Part shown: positions 61,390 to 64,000 of the stretch, in pieces
Numbering within the stretch: the stretch's first letter is position 1
How the letters are laid out: every line of letters starts with the position of its first letter
Assembly (NCBI GenBank): GCA_963836075.1
Contig: CAWIIB010000001.1
Location: forward strand, 1,888,001 to 1,952,000
Origin: an uncultured Acidobacteriota bacterium
Lineage (GTDB): Bacteria > Acidobacteriota > JAQAZP01
Length of the DNA stretch: 64,000 nt
Direction of reading: 5' to 3'
Made by a program: the position numbers and the translations under genes
Notes under the pieces: model-generated
What the model was told of the DNA's origin: nothing
Seen by the model: the letters and a program-made list of their open reading frames with translations, nothing else
Database searches by the model: none

Positions 61390-63212
61390 GCCGTTCACGC
61401 TCCCCCTGGACCGGTATACCGCTGATGACCCCGAACCGCCACAACCCGCTGCCCGCCGATGAGACCGCGGCCGCGCTGCGCTCGCTGCTCTCGGTCACCC
61501 TGGGCAACCTCTCCCGGGTGCTGGACCTGGAGTGCAACGGCCGGCCGTTGGACACCGGCAAGGTCTGGTTCAGCAGCGGGCCGGAGAACGGGGACGGAAG
61601 CGCCGAGGCCGTCAAGGCGCCCCGGCGCTACTACTATCCCCTGCAGCATTTCCGCGCCGAGGAACCGCGGGCGCTGCTGCTGGACCGCCTGCTGCGCAGC
61701 TGCCTCCGCCTGGGCCGGGTCCACGAGGAGGGGAGTGAGGGCCAGGTGACCGCCTGGTCGCTGCGCGACCTCGAGCACTGGCTGGTGGAGGAGGAAACCG
61801 ACCCGGGGTCGATGCTGGGCAACATCTCCTGGTACTGCAAGGTCAAGTGCAAATTCTGCTACCAGATCGGCCACCCGCCCGAACTGCAGTCACCGCGCTT
61901 CACCACCCCTCGGGAAGAGATCGAGACCAAGATCCGTTACTACCGGCCGGAAAAAAAACAGCGGCTGTTCCACGCCACCAACTACGACACCAACGAGATC
62001 CTGACCTACCCCGGGGTCATCGAGCTGATGCGCCTGCTGCGGGAAAAGACCGACAAGCCGTTCTACAACATCACCACCAACGGCGTCCCGCTCACCGAAC
62101 AGATGATCGGCGATCTCAAACCGCTGCTGCCCTTCGAGCTGGGCATCTCCATCAACTCCACCAACCCGGCCCTGCGCAAGAAACTGATGCGCGACAAGCA
62201 GCCGGAGGTGGCCATCGGCAGCATGAAGCGGCTGCGCGAGGAGAACATCCCCTTCCTGGCCAGCATCGTGGCCTGGCCCGAGTTCAGCATCGAAGACCTG
62301 GAACAGACGATCCGTGACCTGGACCGCTTCCCCCCGGCGGAGATCCGGGTCTGCCTGCCGGGGTACAGCAAATACTTCTCGGCCGAACCGCTGTTCGACC
62401 GCGACGAGGTCTGGCAGGGCATCGTCAACCTGGTGCGCCGGCTGCGCCGGGAACTCACCGTACCGATCATCCCCCTGCCCTCGGTCTACGAGGAGCACCT
62501 GCACGACGAGTTCCACAACCAGCCGTACATCCAGGGCGTGGTGCCCGGTTCGCCGGCCGCTCGGGCCGGTGCCCGCCGCGGCGACGTGCTGGTCAGCGCC
62601 AACAACGTCGGTCTGCCCAACCGGCCGGCCGCCCGCTACGCCGTAACCAAAATGCACGAGGACGGGGTCTCGCTGGTCTGGCTCAAGGTGCTGCGCGGCG
62701 GTGAGGAGACCGACCTGGTGCTCAAGGAAGGTGCGGACAGCTGCTTTGAATATCCCTACACCCGCCACCTGGCCTCGCTGCACCGCATGCCCTACGGCCT
62801 GCTCCTGCCCCAGGGCCTGGGCCACGAGGTCACCGGGCAGATCCGGCATCTGGCGGCCCGCCACCGGGCGGAACGGGTCCTGATCCTCTCCTCCACCCTG
62901 ATGCAGGGACCGATGCAGCAAATGCTGGCCGAAACCGGCGCCATGGAGGGAGTGGAGGTGGAGTGGGCCATCCCCGAGAACAGGTATCTCGGGCCGAACA
63001 TCTTCATGGGCGACCTGCTCACCGTCCAGGACTACGTGGAATTCCTTCGCGATCACCAGGCATCCGGGGCGGCCCGGCCCGACCTGGTGCTGATCCCCGG
63101 TTCGGCATTCTCCACCTGGCGCCGCGACATCACCGGCCGCACCTTCTACGAGATCGGCCGGCTCACCGGCCTGCCGGTGGAGTTGATGCAGGTGACCCGG
63201 ATCTGGGCGTAA
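61386..63212 (+). CDS. Radical SAM protein of DUF512 type with internal PDZ-like segment
   Basis: CKVKCKFC; ITTNG; VVPGSPAARAGARRGD PDZ-like; ENRYLG..MGDLLTVQD and DLVLIP DUF512-like tail; start may be 61425. Confidence 0.78.
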   Translation: MSRSRSPWTGIPLMTPNRHNPLPADETAAALRSLLSVTLGNLSRVLDLECNGRPLDTGKVWFSSGPENGDGSAEAVKAPRRYYYPLQHFRAEEPRALLLDRLLRSCLRLGRVHEEGSEGQVTAWSLRDLEHWLVEEETDPGSMLGNISWYCKVKCKFCYQIGHPPELQSPRFTTPREEIETKIRYYRPEKKQRLFHATNYDTNEILTYPGVIELMRLLREKTDKPFYNITTNGVPLTEQMIGDLKPLLPFELGISINSTNPALRKKLMRDKQPEVAIGSMKRLREENIPFLASIVAWPEFSIEDLEQTIRDLDRFPPAEIRVCLPGYSKYFSAEPLFDRDEVWQGIVNLVRRLRRELTVPIIPLPSVYEEHLHDEFHNQPYIQGVVPGSPAARAGARRGDVLVSANNVGLPNRPAARYAVTKMHEDGVSLVWLKVLRGGEETDLVLKEGADSCFEYPYTRHLASLHRMPYGLLLPQGLGHEVTGQIRHLAARHRAERVLILSSTLMQGPMQQMLAETGAMEGVEVEWAIPENRYLGPNIFMGDLLTVQDYVEFLRDHQASGAARPDLVLIPGSAFSTWRRDITGRTFYEIGRLTGLPVELMQVTRIWA

Positions 63213-63222
63213 CTGGAGCCAG

Positions 63223-63999
63223 ATGAACGAGGTCCACCAGGGCCGCGACCGGACAGCCGAAAAAACGGAGGCCCGTCCGCCGCGAACACGTCGCCGCCGC
63301 GCAATGATCGGCGCCGCCGCCTGCCTGGCCGTGGCACTGGTCGTCGGCCCGACCTACCCGCTGGTGGTCCCGCCGGTGCTGGCCGGAGACGGCTCGGAAT
63401 ACCTGCTGATGCTCCAGTCCTGGTTCGATCACGCCTCACCCGACCTGCGGCAGGCCGACATCGACGCCCTGGACCTTCTGGTTCCCAGCGACCGGCTCTT
63501 CTCCCGGATGGTTGACCCCTGGGCCGGGTTCGTGGAAGCCCGCAACGGCCGGTGGTACAGCATGCACTTCTGGCTCTACCCGCTGCTGGCGGTGCCGGCC
63601 AAGTTCGTCTACCGCATCGCCGGGGTCAGCGAGTTTGGCGCCCTGCAGTCGGTGAACGCCTTCTGCTTCGTCCTGACCTTCTGCTTCGCCTGGGTCCAGG
63701 GCAACCGGGAGCGCTCCCGGCGGCTGCTCTTCATCGCCCTGGCCGTGGTGGGGCCGGTGCTCTGGTTCCTGCGCTGGCCGCATCCCGAACTGTTCACCTG
63801 GTGCTGCGTTATGGTTTCGCTGACCCTGCTGGGCCGCAAACGCCATGGCCTGGCCGCGGCCGCCGCCGCGGTGGGGTCGCTGCAGAACCCGCCGCTGATC
63901 CTCCTCGCCCTGTTACCGCTGGCCATCGCCGCCATATGCCGCCAGAGACGCCAGGCGCTGCAGGCGGCGGCCGGACTGTTGCCGGCCCTGGCGGCACCG
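63223..63999 (+). CDS. Polytopic membrane protein (GT-C-like), 3'-partial
   Basis: Read manually: GGAG RBS, ATG 63223, TM1 then GDGSEY acidic loop, YSMHFWLYPLL, multiple TMs; open to window end. Confidence 0.7.
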   Translation, partial: MNEVHQGRDRTAEKTEARPPRTRRRRAMIGAAACLAVALVVGPTYPLVVPPVLAGDGSEYLLMLQSWFDHASPDLRQADIDALDLLVPSDRLFSRMVDPWAGFVEARNGRWYSMHFWLYPLLAVPAKFVYRIAGVSEFGALQSVNAFCFVLTFCFAWVQGNRERSRRLLFIALAVVGPVLWFLRWPHPELFTWCCVMVSLTLLGRKRHGLAAAAAAVGSLQNPPLILLALLPLAIAAICRQRRQALQAAAGLLPALAAP

Positions 64000-64000
64000 C

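Overview
High-GC bacterial chromosomal window from a probably anaerobic diderm (inferred from the outer-membrane barrel, GT9, multiheme cytochromes and sigma54 systems; taxon not determinable here). Left to right: (1) a minus-strand glycan-modification operon (FAD oxidoreductase, GT9, B12-radical SAM, GT2, secreted protein); (2) a frameshifted secreted LIM-like/DA1-like zinc peptidase; (3) a five-gene electron conduit (membrane-anchored FeS-flavoprotein, His-rich membrane protein, 20-heme and 37-heme cytochromes c, beta-barrel); (4) two duplicated RRM RNA-binding protein genes that share a ~400-nt structured leader, with an orphan RiPP-precursor-like peptide between them; (5) a ~22-kb region of secreted proteins with unrelated passenger domains. 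Nine of these, plus one at 53 kb, end in the same ~115-aa C-terminal domain (EDVTPxPYNQPPYPPxGD motif). Most have their own sigma70 promoter and are separated by a recurrent 29-bp motif, often next to an IHF-like site, with relics of module shuffling; (6) a sigma54-driven redox operon (macro-like, NarI/TmcC-like, frameshifted HdrD-like-REC fusion, PAS kinase, REC) beside an ArsC-PAS-AAA+ activator; (7) M23-like peptidase, SGNH protein, HrpB-like helicase, GT-C proteins and a DUF512-type radical SAM. No rRNA, tRNA, CRISPR, transposase or recombinase was seen. All family calls come from manual motif recognition, not database searches.
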